Source: the human T2T-CHM13v2.0 reference genome, Homo sapiens. From it: DNA of 64,000 bases. Both the position numbers and the translations under genes were made by a program. Below the pieces are notes generated by a model. It saw only the letters and a program-made list of their open reading frames with translations, did no database searches and was not told where the DNA came from. How positions within the stretch are numbered: position 1 is the stretch's first letter; each line of letters starts with the position of its first letter. The DNA is taken from the NCBI RefSeq assembly GCF_009914755.1, contig NC_060925.1; one strand, given 5' to 3'. This document shows positions 12,038 through 27,334 of this stretch, in pieces.

Positions 12038-12423
12038 CTGCATTAGTATGCTAGAGCTGCCATAAAAAAGTAGCATAGACTGGGTGGCTTAAACAACAGA
12101 AATTTATTTCTCACAGTTCTGGCTGTGAAGTCCAAGAGCAAAGTGCCAGCATCGTTGGTTTCTGGCAAAGAGTTTTCTTCCTGGCTTGTAGATAGCCCCT
12201 ATCTCCCTGTGTCCTCACATGGCTGAAAGAGAGTTCTGGGGTCTCTTCCTCTTCTTATGAGGGCATCAGCCCTATCAGATCAGGGCTTAAGTCTCATGAC
12301 CTCATTCAACTTTAACACGTCCTCACAGGCCCCATCTCCAAATATATAGTCACATCGGAGGTCAGGGTTTCCACATAAGAATTTTGGATTAGCGCTTCAA
12401 CATATGCAATTCAGTTCATTGCA
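12038..12423 (-). mobile_element. MLT1 MaLR LTR
   Basis: agactgggtggcttaaacaacagaaatttatttctcacagttctgg. Confidence 0.8.
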
Positions 12424-13136
12424 CATACTTTGACAGTTTTGGACATCTCATTGAGATGTCCAAGTGGACTCAACTTCCGGAACCAATTAAACTTAATTAA
12501 CCAAAAAAGTGCACTTCCTGGCCAGGTAAGCCCAGTAGCACCTTTTCTTGGCTCCTGAAGTGAGTCTCAAATGCCAATAGAATTTATCTTCCTTGACTCT
12601 GTTTCTCTGTGCATCTCACCACCCGCTCCCCGCTGCCACCCTATCTCATTACTTTTGCTTCTGTTTCTGGTCCTTAGACAAATTTGTTTCCAGTTCAGAT
12701 TTGCGCATGGCCAAGAATTTATTCCCCAATGGTGGCAGCAATGATTAGGAATGTAGTTTTATGGTCCAACCGTTTTGTGATATAGCAGGTTGATGTGAAT
12801 CTATTCTCTGCCATGTGAGATACAACAAAGAATTGGGTAAAAACCTTGCTCATATGTCTGTCTATGAGTTCACGTGAATTGAGAAAGTATTTCATGGACA
12901 CTGGTAAGGAAAATGATGCTTTGTGATATGGACTGGCTCTGCTGTAAGCTACAGATTCTAAAACTTAGATCTACAACAAAGAAGGACTGTCTCAGAGTGT
13001 CTGTGGAAAGGACTGTACCAGATACTTCTAACTGCTGATGTCTCAAGGAACGGATTTATGGCTATAGACTTGCAAGCTGATGCGCCTAGACAACTGTCAG
13101 GATTCGGGACTGAGTGGGGATTTCCAGAACTCTTAT

Positions 13137-13353
13137 TAGTGGTTCTCAACTGGTGTTGATTTTGTGCCCCGGGCAGCATTTGGCAATGTCCAGAGACATT
13201 TTTGGTTGTCACAGCAGGGGAGGGGATTGCTACTGACCTTGAGTGGAAAGACAGCAGGGATGCTACCACATACCCTATAAGACACAGGACACTGTCCACA
13301 ACAAAGAATTATCTGGTTCAAAATATCAGTAGCGCTGAGCCTGAGAAACCCTG
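13137..13353 (+). mobile_element. MER20 hAT-Charlie element
   Basis: agtggttctcaac...catttggcaatgtccagagacatttttggttgtcac...gagaaaccctg followed by ttctagag. Confidence 0.9.
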
Positions 13354-14052
13354 TTCTAGAGGCATGTGCTTTTGTTTGGTTATTCCTTAGGAAATTTTAA
13401 ATTCTGTAAGGATTGGTTTAACTTGTAAAATGCAAATGATTTTTTGTTGTTGTAGTAGAATATATATAACATAAAATTTACCATTTTAAGAAAGAAAAAA
13501 AGAAAAAAATTACCATTTCAACCATTTGTAAGTGCAGAATTCAGTAACACTAAGTGCATTTATGTTGTTGTGCAAATATCACCAATGTCCACCTCCAGAA
13601 TTTTCCGTCATCTCAAACTAAAACTGTACCTATTAAATGATATTTCTCCATTCTCCTCTGCCCCAAGTCCCTAGTTATCGCTATTCCATTTTCTGCCTCT
13701 ATGAATTTACCTACTCTAGATACCTCATGTAAGTGAAATTATACAGTATTTGTCCTTTGTGTCTGGCTTATGTCACTTAAAATAATGTCTTCTAAGATTC
13801 ATCCATGTTGTAGCAATGTGTCAGAATTTTCCTCTTTTTAAGGCTGAATAATATTGCATTATCTGGATAGACCACACTTTGCTTATCCATTCGTCTGTCA
13901 ACAGATACTTTGGTTGCCTCCGTATTTTAGCTATTGTGAATAATGCTGCTATGAACATGGATGTACAAATATCTCTTCCAGACCCTGCTTTCAATTCTTT
14001 GGTATATGCCCAGCAGTGGAATCACTGTATCATATGGTAATTCTATTTTTAA

Positions 14053-14682
<630 letters not shown>

Positions 14683-15504
14683 TAATCCCTTTTCAAGTAT
14701 ATGATTTGCAAATATTTTCTCCCATTCTGTAGATTTCCTGTTATTCTACTGATAGCTTCTTTTGATGAACAAATTTTAAAAATTTTTTGTAAGGCTCAAT
14801 TTGTCTATTTCTTATGTTTTTGCCTGTGCCTTCAGTGTTATAGCCAAGAAATCACTGCCAAACCCAATATTATATAGCTTTTGCCCAACATTTTCTTCTA
14901 AGAGTTTTAAAGGTTTAGGTCCTACATTTAGGTCTTTGACCCATTTTGAGTTAATTTTTGTTTATGGTGTTAGGTAAGGGTCCAGCTTCATTCTTTTATG
15001 TGTGAATATCCAATTTTCCTAGCATTATTTGTTGAAAAGACTTTACTTTTCCCATTGAATGGTCTTGGCACCCTTGTCAAAAATCATTTGACCATATATC
15101 TGAGGGCTGATTACTGGACTCTCTATTCCATTGGTCTATATGTCTGACTTTTTGCCCATACCATACTGTTTTGACTACTATAGCTTTGCAATATGTTTTG
15201 AAATCAGGAAGTGTGAGTCTTCCAACATTGTTCTTCTTTTCCAGATTGTTTTAGCTATTCAAGGTCCCTTACAATTCCATATGCATTTTAAGATGAGTTT
15301 TTCCATTTCTGCAAAAAAAACTGCTAGGATTTTGATAGAGATTGTATTGAATCTGTAGGTCATTTTGGGTAGTAATAGCATCTTATTAAGTCTTATTAAT
15401 AGTGTCTTATTAAGTCTTCCAATCCATTAATATGAGATGTCTTTCCATTTATTAGTATCTTCTTAAATTTCTCTCACCAATCTTTTATAATTTTACCTGT
15501 TTTT

Positions 15505-15620
15505 TTAAAAGACAGTCTCATTATGTTGCCCAGGCTGGTCTCAAACTCCTGGGCTCAAGAGATCCTCTCACCTTGGCCCCTGAGTAGCTGGGACTGCAGG
15601 CACACACCACCATGCCTGGC
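15505..15620 (-). mobile_element. Alu monomer (FLAM-like)
   Basis: tatgttgcccaggctggtctcaaactcctgggctcaag...caccatgcctggc. Confidence 0.8.
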
Positions 15621-16279
15621 AACAATTTGTAGTTTAAATGTGCAAGTCTTTTGCATCCTTGATTAAGTTTATTCCTAAGTATTTTATTCTATTTGTTGCT
15701 ATTGTAAATATAATTTTTTAAAATTTCCCATTGGATTGTTGATTGTTAGATTATAGAAGTGCAACTGATTTTTCTATGTTAATTTTCTATTCTGCAACTT
15801 TTCAGAAGTCATTTATTAGTCCTGACAGTTCTCGTATGTGTTGTATGTCTTTAGGGTTTTCTATTTATAAGATCATTTATCTGCAAACAGGTAATTGTAC
15901 TTCTTCCTTTCTAATTTGAATGGTTTTTATTTCTTTTTCTTACCTACCTGCTCTGGCTAGGACTTCCAATGCTATGTTGAATAGAAATAGTAAAAGAAGG
16001 CAACCTTGTCTTGTATCTGATCTTGGGGGGAAAGCTTTCAGTCATTCAACATTGAAGGCAATGCTAGCTGTGGGGTTTCATATATGGCCTTTATTATGTT
16101 AAGGAAGTTTACTTCCAATCCTAGTTTTTTTCAGTTTTTCAGTTTGTTTTGGTCACAAACAAGTGTTGAATTTTGTCAAATGATATTTTTCTGAATCAAT
16201 TAAAATGTTCATAGGATTTGTTTCCTTCATTCTGTTAACATGGAGTTTTACATTGATTGATTGAATTTTTTGGTTGGGG

Positions 16280-16515
16280 GATAGGGTCTCACTTCCATCA
16301 CCCAGGTGAGAGTACAGTGGCACACTATCAGAGCTCACTGCAGCCTCAACCTTCTGGGCTCAAGCAATTCTCCTGCCTCATTTTTTGATTTTTTTGTAGA
16401 GATGAGGTCTCACTATGTTGCCCAGGCTGGTCTTGAATTCCTAGGCTCAAGTGATCCTTCCACCTTGGCCTCCCAAAATTCTGGGATTATAGGCATGAGC
16501 TACTGCACCTGGTCA
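16280..16515 (-). mobile_element. AluJ with internal deletion
   Basis: Right arm truncated after cctgcctca, left arm intact. Confidence 0.85.
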
Positions 16516-16955
16516 GATTTATTTTCATAGTTGAACTATCCTTGCATTCTGAGAGTAAATCCCACTTGGTCATGGGGTATACTCCTTTTATTATGCTGCT
16601 AATTTTGTTTCATAGTGTTCTGTTGAAGCTCTTTTTTTTTGCATCAATATTTATAAGTACAGATTTGTACTTTCTTGAGCTGTCTTTGGCTTTGGTGTTA
16701 GAGTAATACAGACCTCAAAGATTAAGCTAACAAGTGTTCTCTCCAACATTTCAGCAGAATGTGAGAAGGATTTGGTGTTAAATCCTCGCTAAATGTTTGG
16801 TCAAATGCACCAGTGAAGCAATATTGTCCAGAGTTTTCTTTGTTGAGAGGTTTTTGATTACCAATACAATCTCCTTACTACTTAAAGGTCTATTCATATT
16901 TTCTGTTTCTTCATGATTCACTCTTGATATCTTGTGTGTTTCTATGAATTTTTCT

Positions 16956-19900
16956 CACTGATTTCTTTGAGTTCATTGTAGATTCTGGATGTTAGTCCTG
17001 TGTCAGATGTATAGATTGTGAAGATTTTTCTCCTACTCTGTGGGTTGTCTGTTTACTCTGCTGACTGTTCCTTTTGCTGTGCAAAAGCTCTTTAGTTTAA
17101 TTAGGTTCCAACTATTTAGCTTTGTTTTTATTGCATTCACTTTGAAGTTCTTGGTCATGAAACCCTTGCCTAAGCCAATGTTTAGAAGGGTTTTTCCAAT
17201 GTTATCTTCTAGAATTTTTACAGTTTCAGGTCTTACGTTTAAGTCCTTAATCCATTTTGAGTTGATTTTTGTGTAAGGTGAGAGATGAGGATCCAATTTC
17301 ATTCTCCTACATGTGGCTAACTAATTATCCCAGCACCATTTGTTGAAAAGGGTGTCCTTTCCCCACTTTGTGTTTTTGTTTGCTTTGTTGAAAATCAGTT
17401 GGCTGTAAATATTTGGGATTATTTCTGGGTTCTCTATTCTGTTCCATTGGTCTATGGGCCTATGTTTATACCAGTACGACGCTGTTTTGGTGACTATAGC
17501 CTTATAGTACAGTTTGAAATCAAGTAGCGTAATGTGTCCAGATTTGTTCTTTTTGCTTAGTCTTGCTTTGGCTATGCAGACTCTTTTTTTGGTTCCACAC
17601 AAATTTTATAATTGTTTTTTCTAATTCTATGAAGACTAATGGTGGTATTTTGATGGGAATTTCACTGAATTTGTAGATTGCTTTTGGCAGTATGGTCATT
17701 TTCACAATATTGATTCTACCCATCCATGAGCATGGGATGTGTTTCCATTTGTTTGTGTTGTCTATGATTTCTTTCAGCAGTGTTTTGTAGTTTTCCTTGT
17801 AAAGGTCTTTCGACTTCTTGGTTAGGTATATTCCTAAGGTTTTTGTTTCTTTTTTTTTTTTTTGCAGCTATTATAAAAGGGATTGTGTTCTTGATTTGAT
17901 TCTCCACTTGGTCACTGTTGGTGTATAGAAGAGCTACTGATTTTTGTACATTAGTCTTGTATGTGGAAACTTTGCTGAATTCTTTTATCAGTTCTAGGAA
18001 CTTTCTGGAGGAGTTCTTAGGGTTTTCAAGATAAACAATCATATTGTCAGCAAAGAGTGACAGTTCGACTTTCTCTTTACCAGTTTAGAGGCTCTTTATT
18101 TCTTTCTGTTATCTAATTGCTCTGGCTAGGACTTCCAGTACTATGTTAAAGAGGAGTGGTAAGAGTGGGCATCCTTGTCTTCTTCCAGTTCTCAGAGGGA
18201 ATGCTTTCAACTTTTCCCCATTCAGTATCATGTTGGCTGCGGGTTTGTCATAGATGGCTTTTATTACATTAAGGTATGTCCCTTGTATGCAGATTTTGCT
18301 GAGAGCTTTAATCAAAAAGGGATGCTGGATTTTGACAAATGCTTTTTCTGCATCTATTGAAATGATCGTGTGATTTTTGTTTTTAATTCTGTTTATGTGG
18401 TGTTATCACATGAATTGATTTGCATATGTTAAGCCATCCCTGCATCCCTAGTATGAAACCCACTTGATCATGGTGGATTATCTTTTTGATATGTTGTTGA
18501 ATTCGGTTAGCTAGTATTTTGTTAAGGATTTTAGCATCTATATTCATCACGGATATCGGTCTGTAGTTTTCTTTTTTGGTTATGTCCTTTCCTGGTTTTG
18601 GTATTAGGGTGATGCTGGCTTCATAGAATGAATTAGGGAGGGTTCTTTCTTTATCTTGTGGAATAGTGTCAAAAGGATTAGTACCAATTCTTCTTTGAAT
18701 GTCTGGTAGAATTCTGCTGTGAATCCATCGGGCCCTGGACTTTTTTGTGTTTTTTTGGTAATTTTTAAATTACCATTTCAATCTCGCTGCTCGTTATTGG
18801 TCTGTTCAGGGTATCTAATTCTTCCTGATTTAAGCTAGGAAGGTTGTATGTTTCCAGGAGTTTATCCATCTCTTGTAGGTTTTCTAGTTTATGTGCATAA
18901 AGGTGTTCATAGTAGCCTTGAATGATCTTTTGTATTTTGGTGGTGTCAGTTGTAATATCTCCTGTTTCATTTCTTAGTGAGGTTATTTGGATTTTCTCTC
19001 TTCTTTTCTTGGTTAATCTTGGTAATAGTCTATCCATTTTATTTATCTTTTCAAAGAATCAGCTTTTTGTTTCATTTGTCTTTTGTATTTTTTTCTTGTT
19101 TGTTTCAATTTCATTTAGTTCTGCTCTGATCTCTGTTATTTTCTTTCTTCTGCTGGGTTTGGGTTTGGTTTGTTCTTGTTTCTCTAGTTCCTCGAGGTGT
19201 GACCTTAGAGGGTCAGTTTGTGCTCTTTCCATCTTTTTGATGTAAGCATTTAGAGCTGTGAACTTTCCTCTTAGCACCATGTTTGCCATATCCCAGAGGT
19301 TTTCATAGGTTGTGTAATTATTGTCATTCAGTTTGAAGAATTTTTAATTTCCATCTTGATTTCATTTTTGACCCAGTGCTCATTCAGGATCAGGTTATTT
19401 AATTTCTGTATATTTGCATGGTTTTGAAGGTTCCTTTTGGAGTTGATTTCCAGTTTTTTTCCACTGTGATCTGAGAGAGTGCTTGATATAATCTCAATTT
19501 TCTTAAATGTATTGAGGCTCATTTTATGGCCTATCATATGGCCTATCTTGGAGAAAGTTCCATGCGCTGTTGAATAGAACAGGAATTCTGCAGTTGTTGG
19601 ATAAAATGTTCTGTATATATCTGTTAAGTCTATTTGTTCCAAGCTACAGTTTAAATCCATTGTTTTTTGTTGACTTTCTGTCTTGATTACCTGTCTAGTG
19701 CTGCCAGTGGAAGATTGAAGTCCCCCAATATTATTGTGTTGCTGTCTATCTCACTTCTTAGGTCTGTTAGTAATTGTTTTATAAATTTGGAATCTCCAGT
19801 GTTAGGTGCGTATATGTTTAGGATTGTGATATTTTCCTGTTGGACAAGGCCTTTTACCATATATAATGTCCCTCTTTGTCTCTTTTAACTGCTGTTGCTT

Positions 19901-21550
19901 TAAAGTTTGCTTTGTCTGATATAAGAATAGCTACCCCTGCTCGCTTTTGGTGTCCATTTGCATGAAATGCCTTTTTCTACCCCTTTACTTTAAGTTTATG
20001 TGAGTCCTTATGTGCTAGGCGAGTCTCCTGAAGGCAGCAGATAGTTGGTTGGTGAGTTCTTACCCATTCTGCAGTTCTGTGTCTTTTAAATGGAGCCATT
20101 AGGATATTTACATTTAATGTTGGTATTAAATTCAACATGCATTCATCATGCTCTTTGTTGCCTGTGTGCTTTTGTTTTTGGTTTTTTGCTCTTGCTTTTT
20201 AACTTCTATTTTTGCTTTATAGGTCCTGTGTGATTTATGCTTTAAAGAGGTTCTGTTTTGATGTGTTTCCAGGATTTGTTTCAAAATTTAGAACTCCTTT
20301 TAGCAGTTCTTTTAGTGGTGGATTGGTAGGGATGAATTCTCTCAGCATTTGTTTGTCTGAAAAAGACTGTATCCTTCCTTCATATATGATGCTCAGTTTC
20401 ACTGGATACAAAATTCTTGGCTGATAACTGCTTTGTTTGAGGAAGCTGAAGATAGGACCCCAATCCCTTCTAGCTTGTAGGGTTTCTGCTGAGAAATCTG
20501 CTGTAAATCTGATAGGTTTTCCTTTATAGGTTACCTGGTGCTTCTGTCTCACAGCTCTTAGGATTCTTTCCTTCGTCTTAACTTTGGATAACCTAATGAC
20601 AATGTGCCTAGGTGAAGATCTTTTTGCAACGAATTTCCCGGATGTTCTTTGTGCTTCTTGTATTTGCATGTCTAGGTCTCTAGTGAGGCTGGGGAAATTT
20701 TCCTTGATTATTCCCCCAAATATGTCCTCCAAGCTTTTAGAATTCTCTTCTTCCTCAGGAACACAAATTATTCTTAGTTTTGGTCATTTAACATAATCCC
20801 AGACTTCTTGGAGGCTTTGTTCATATTTTCTTATTCTTTTTTCTTTGTCTTTATTGGATTGGGTTAATTCGAAGACCTTGTCTTCAAGCTCTGAATTTCT
20901 TTCTTCTACTTGTTCATTTCTATTGCTGAGACTTTCCAGAGCATTTCATGTTTCTAAATGTGTGTACAAAGTTTCCTGAATTTTGTATTGCTTTATCTTT
21001 AAGCTATCTATTTCCTTGAACATTTCTCCCTTCACTTCTTGTATCATACTTTGGATTTCCTTGCATTGGGTTTTGCCTTTCTCTGCTCCCTCCCTGATTA
21101 GCTTAATAACTAACTTCCTAAATTCTTTTTCAGGTAAATCAGGGATTTCTTGGTTTGTTGGATCCATTGCTGGTGGATTAGTGTGATTTTTGGGGGGTAT
21201 TGAAGAGCCTGGCTTTGTCATGTTACCAGGATTGGTTTTCTGGTTCCCTCTCATTTGGGTAGGCTCTGTCAGAGGGAAGGTCCGGGGCTGAAGGCTATTG
21301 TTCAGATTCTTTTGTCCCAAGGGGTGTTCCCTTGATGTAGTACTCTCCCACTTTTCTTATGGATGTAGCTTCCTGAGAGCCGAACTGCAGTGATTGTTGT
21401 CTCTTTTCTGGGTCTAGCCACCCATCGAGTCTATCTGGCTCTGGGCTAATACTGGGAGTTGTCTGCACAGAGTCCTATAATGTGAATCGTCTATGGGTCT
21501 CTCACCTGTGGATACCAGCACCTGTTCCGGTGGAGGTGGCGGGAGCAGGG
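16956..21550 (-). mobile_element. L1PB-like LINE-1, ~4.6 kb, with decayed ORF1 and ORF2 (EN and RT); lacks the 3' end and most of the 5'UTR
   Basis: ORF1 fragments (PRHIVIRLSKVKTKERILRAVRQKHQVTYKGKPIR), EN (DLTDIYRTFYP...LSDHSG), RT ([27 protein letters not shown]), C-terminal ([18 protein letters not shown]); multiple stops. Confidence 0.95.
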
Positions 21551-21686
21551 TGGGGAGGGGTTGTAATTGGCCTGTTATTTTTCTTCTCTTTTTATTTGTC
21601 CCTCCTGTGATTTTTTTTTCCTTCTGCTCGTTAGCTGTGGGTTAAGTTTTTTCTTCTTTTTCTTATTCCTTAAGACATAAACTTTC

Positions 21687-21963
21687 GAGATGGATTCTCA
21701 CTCTGTTGCCCAGGCTGGAGTGCAGTGGCGCTATCTCGGCTCACTGCAACCTCCACCACCCGGTTCAAGCGAGTCTCATGCCTCAGCCTCCTGAGTAGCT
21801 GGGACTACAGGTGCCCGCCACCATGCTTGGCTAATTTTTTTGTATTTCTAGTAGAGACGGGGTTTCACCATGTTGGCCAGGCTGGTCTCGAACTTGTGAT
21901 CTCAGGTGATCTCCCTGCCTCCCAAAGTGCTGGGATTACAGGTGTGAGCCACGGTGCCCAGCT
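21687..21963 (-). mobile_element. AluS
   Basis: Alu consensus match. Confidence 0.92.
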
Positions 21964-21965
21964 TG

Positions 21966-22510
<545 letters not shown>

Positions 22511-22680
22511 GCTACAGACTAAACAAAAGCACACAGTCGATGTAGGAATCAGAGGTTGAGAAAAAAGTATCTGAGGCTTCTGATCATATGACAAAGTTAG
22601 GTTAGAATTCCTGTTGAAGAGGTTGGATATAACAAATCCTTTTTCGTGGACCATCTGAAATTCAGAAGCTGCTGAGATAA

Positions 22681-23034
<354 letters not shown>

Positions 23035-23739
23035 AGAATGCATTTATAAGGTCCTAGTGAAGGTGAGTTTCCCAAGATCAAGCATTTGATCTTGGGAATC
23101 AGAGCTGAGACTAGAATTTGTCATGAATGGCGTCATGTTAGTCATTCACACAGGAAGAACATACATTGTATTTTGAGAGTGTGCACCTGATTTAAGCCCC
23201 TAGAATGATTCAGGGGGAATACTGCTGTCCATGATTCACAATAAAGGTGTTTCAAATACACAATTTAGATCTACAGGATGTTAAAAGACCAACAAGACTA
23301 TAGCCTATAGCATCAGGGGGGCTATGGATCCTAGAACCGATGGCCAATGCCATAAGCATTCCTTGCTAGGATGTTGAAATGCACTATTTTATAATAATCA
23401 TTGCTGTTACATAACTCTTTTCTCTGCAGTGGAAAACTATAATATCTGGAAAACTATAATATCTTTCCTTTTCCTAGACAAATACTTTGTTTTCTTAAAA
23501 TGGAAAGACATATACATAACACAGTAGTCCCAGTATAGGAAGAAATAAATGACTCTAGTCATGAAGCATTTATGAGAGTCCCGGGAGGCAGATTTTCCCT
23601 TTGGGTAAAGAAGAACTTTCTTACAAATTAAAAAAGACCAGAGCTGTGATTGGCTGTTCTTCCAGGTAGGAAGTAAAAGATCCTTGTTGAAGATTCGAGC
23701 CTTCAGTGGACGACTGAATTAGACCAGTGGAGTCACTCA

Positions 23740-23960
23740 GGAGTTAGGAGCAAGCGCTCTGCAGCCAGACAGAGCTGGGCTGAAACCCCGGCTTTCCCTG
23801 GCCATTCCCAGTGTCACCCAGATTAGCCATCTGCCTCTGTAAGACTTGGTTTCCAAACCTGAAAAATGTGGATAGTGACAATATCTACATCACAGAGGTG
23901 TTATGAGGAGTAAGCCAGATAACACACACTGAGGGCTTTACTGTGAGCAGGTGGTTAACC
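23740..23960 (+). mobile_element. MIR remnant
   Basis: gccagacagagctgggctgaaacccc...ctgaaaaatgtggatagtgacaatatctacatcacagag. Confidence 0.6.
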
Positions 23961-24048
23961 AGCCTCCATTGACACCAGCTAATTTCATTTATTTTATGCC
24001 TTTTTTTTTTTTAAAGCAAATGAGTCTTTTATTAAAGACAATCTGATT

Positions 24049-24801
<753 letters not shown>

Positions 24802-25559
24802 AAGTGAGATAGATAGAAAAAGTGTTGTTTTAGATAAAACTGAGGTGAGAATGCTCACTCTCTAGAAAGGTAGAGAAATCTACATGAGGTTTTTACTTTT
24901 TGTTCATCTCATCTGGATAAGGACATTGCCTGTGAGCATTTTCTACTCGGTCAGTGTATCAGACAAGTGTATTCACCACCAGCATCTACAGAAGGCAATT
25001 CCAGATTTATTTCTCACCCAGACAAAGAGCAGGCTCTCCGCCAGGCAGTGAGTCAGAGATCCAGGACCCCTTCTTGTCACACGGCCATCCCAACATGGCC
25101 ATCCGTGGTCCCAGGGAGGAGACACACCAGCTTTTAACATCCTTGGCCAGGAAGTATCACGCATCATTTTTAGATCTGGTCACATGAACTCAACTGAAAA
25201 AATGGAAAGTGCAAGGGAGCCTGTGGGTTTACTCACTGAGCTCTGTCTCTGCCAAGGGCAGCCATCTGGGCCTTCCAAAGCGGGATGGGCCACCACACTT
25301 CTGAGATTCTGTCTGGACGCGCTGTTCCCCCTGGAACCCCCTTGTCCTGGTGTCAGGTGGCTGGGCTGTGACTTGTCGTTAAACTCAACTCAGGAATTCA
25401 ATCCTCAAGACCCTGACCAGCACCAACTCTGAGGAAACACGGAGCACTTCTTCTCCCAGACGATTTTTGGCACACACTTGCATTTCAGGAATTACCTTGT
25501 GGAATCCTTGCTGTTTGCCTCTCCCTACCAGACTACAAGGTCTTTGAGGCAGGACCTGA

Positions 25560-25830
25560 CATCCACTCAACAGATACTGATGAAGCCCCTACTGGGTTCC
25601 TGGCACCCGTGTAGGGACAGAAGGTACAGCATGAACAAGATCTGCCCTCCAGGAGGACACAGAACAAACAAGTGAAAAAGCAAGTAGGATAATTGCTGGG
25701 ATTGAAGGACATATAAACTGGGGGAAGACTTCTCTGAAGAGGGGACATTTGAGAAGAAACTGAAGCTATGCAAACATGGCAAGGAAATGAGCCCCAGGCA
25801 GAGGTGACAAAAATGAAAGGCCTGAGAGAA
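25560..25830 (-). mobile_element. L2 remnant
   Basis: ccactcaacagatactgatgaagccc...ttctctgaagaggggacatttgag. Confidence 0.55.
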
Positions 25831-26309
25831 GAAATGCCACAGCTGGCTGGGAGAGGAGGAAGGAGAGTGGTCAGACAGTTTGTGATGGGACCCCCGTGTC
25901 TTCCTGATTCCCACCAGCCTGTGACGTGTGTGACATTTGTGAGAGAGCAGGATTCAAGAGCTGTCATCCATGCAGTTATCCTCACTGAACTTTATCCAAG
26001 AGTTCTTAATTTCCAATCTTGCAGGAATACCAGCATTTTCAAAGCAAATCACCATCTTAAAATCATGGCTGATATTGAAATCTACTGAGAATTCCTTATC
26101 ACTGAAAACTTAAAAGCAGAAAGGACAAAGCAGGAAGAAGGCCAGTAGGAGAGGAAAATTTGTGAAAAATTTTGAATTATAGTATTTTTAAAGGGTTATA
26201 TTTTTCTGGATGTTAGTGCAATGTATAATGCAAATTAAAATGCATCTGGATACAGCTAATTAATTTTTTCTCCTTAATATCCACCTTTTTATTTTTTTAT
26301 TATATATAT

Positions 26310-26699
26310 TGATATGGTTTGGATTTGTGTCCCCATCCAAATCTCATGTTGAATTGTAATCCCCAACGTTGGAGGAGGAACCTGGTGGGAGGTGAGGCAA
26401 TTGGATGATGGGGGTGTACTTCCTCCTTGCTGTTCTCGTCATAGTGAGAGAGTTCTCATGATATCTGGTTGTTTAAAAGTGTGTAGCACCTCCCCCTTTT
26501 CTCTCTTCCTCCTTCTCTGGCCATGTAAGACTTTCCTTGCTTCCCCTTCACCTTCCATCATGATTGTAAGTTTCCAGAGGCATTCCCAGCCATGCTACCT
26601 GTACAGCCTGTGGAACTATGAGTCAATTACACCCTCTTTCTCTATAAATTACCCAGTCTTGAGCAGTTCTTTACAGCAATGCAATAAGGGACTAATACA
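26310..26699 (+). mobile_element. MST (MSTA-like) solo LTR inserted in an L1 tail
   Basis: tgatatggtttggatttgtgtcccc...ggactaataca. Confidence 0.88.
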
Positions 26700-27150
26700 T
26701 ACTTTTTTAATTTCAATAGCTTTTGGGATACCAGTGGTTTTTGGTTACATGGATGAAATGTATAGCAGTGAAGTCTGAGATTTTGGTGCACCCATCATCC
26801 AAATAGTGTACATTGTACCCAATATGTAGTTTTTTATCCCTCACTCCCCTCCCACTCTCCCCATTCTGAGTCTCCAAAGTCTATTATACCACCCTGCATG
26901 CTTTTGTGTACCCATAGCTCAGCTCCCCTCCCACTTTTAAGTAAGAACATATGGTATTTGATTTTCCATTCGGAAGTTACCTCACTTAGAACAGTGGCCT
27001 TCAGTTCCATCCAAGTTGCTGCAAAAGACATTGTTTCATTCTTTTTTATGGCTGACTAGTATTCCATGGTGTATATATACACCATATTTTCTTTATCCAC
27101 ACATCAGCTGATGAGTATTTAGGTTGGTTACATGTTTTTGCAATGGTACA
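26700..27150 (-). mobile_element. L1PB-type 3' end fragment
   Basis: MSFAATWMELKATVLSEV ORF2 terminus plus 3'UTR. Confidence 0.85.
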
Positions 27151-27334
27151 GCTAATTACAGGACTAATTAATGAGCATAACCAGGCTTTGACAGTTAGAC
27201 ATCATTATGTAGTGGCATGCTATGAAAACAGAAAACCTTTCATATGTATACATTTGTAGTTAGACCAGGAACATGAAAAGGTATAGCAATGGTCTTCAAT
27301 TTATTGGGGTCTCTTTGAAAAAGTCTTGGTATTG

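Noticed and set aside
20521-20530. CArG box CCTTTATAGG
   Set aside because: Lies inside L1 ORF1 sequence with no supporting context
16956-21550. L1 ORF1/ORF2 fragments as active or domesticated genes
   Set aside because: Multiple stops and frameshifts, both ends missing
26700-27150. This L1PB 3' fragment as the missing end of the 16956-21550 element
   Set aside because: It lies on the wrong side (5' of the element) in the same orientation; more simply an independent truncated insertion
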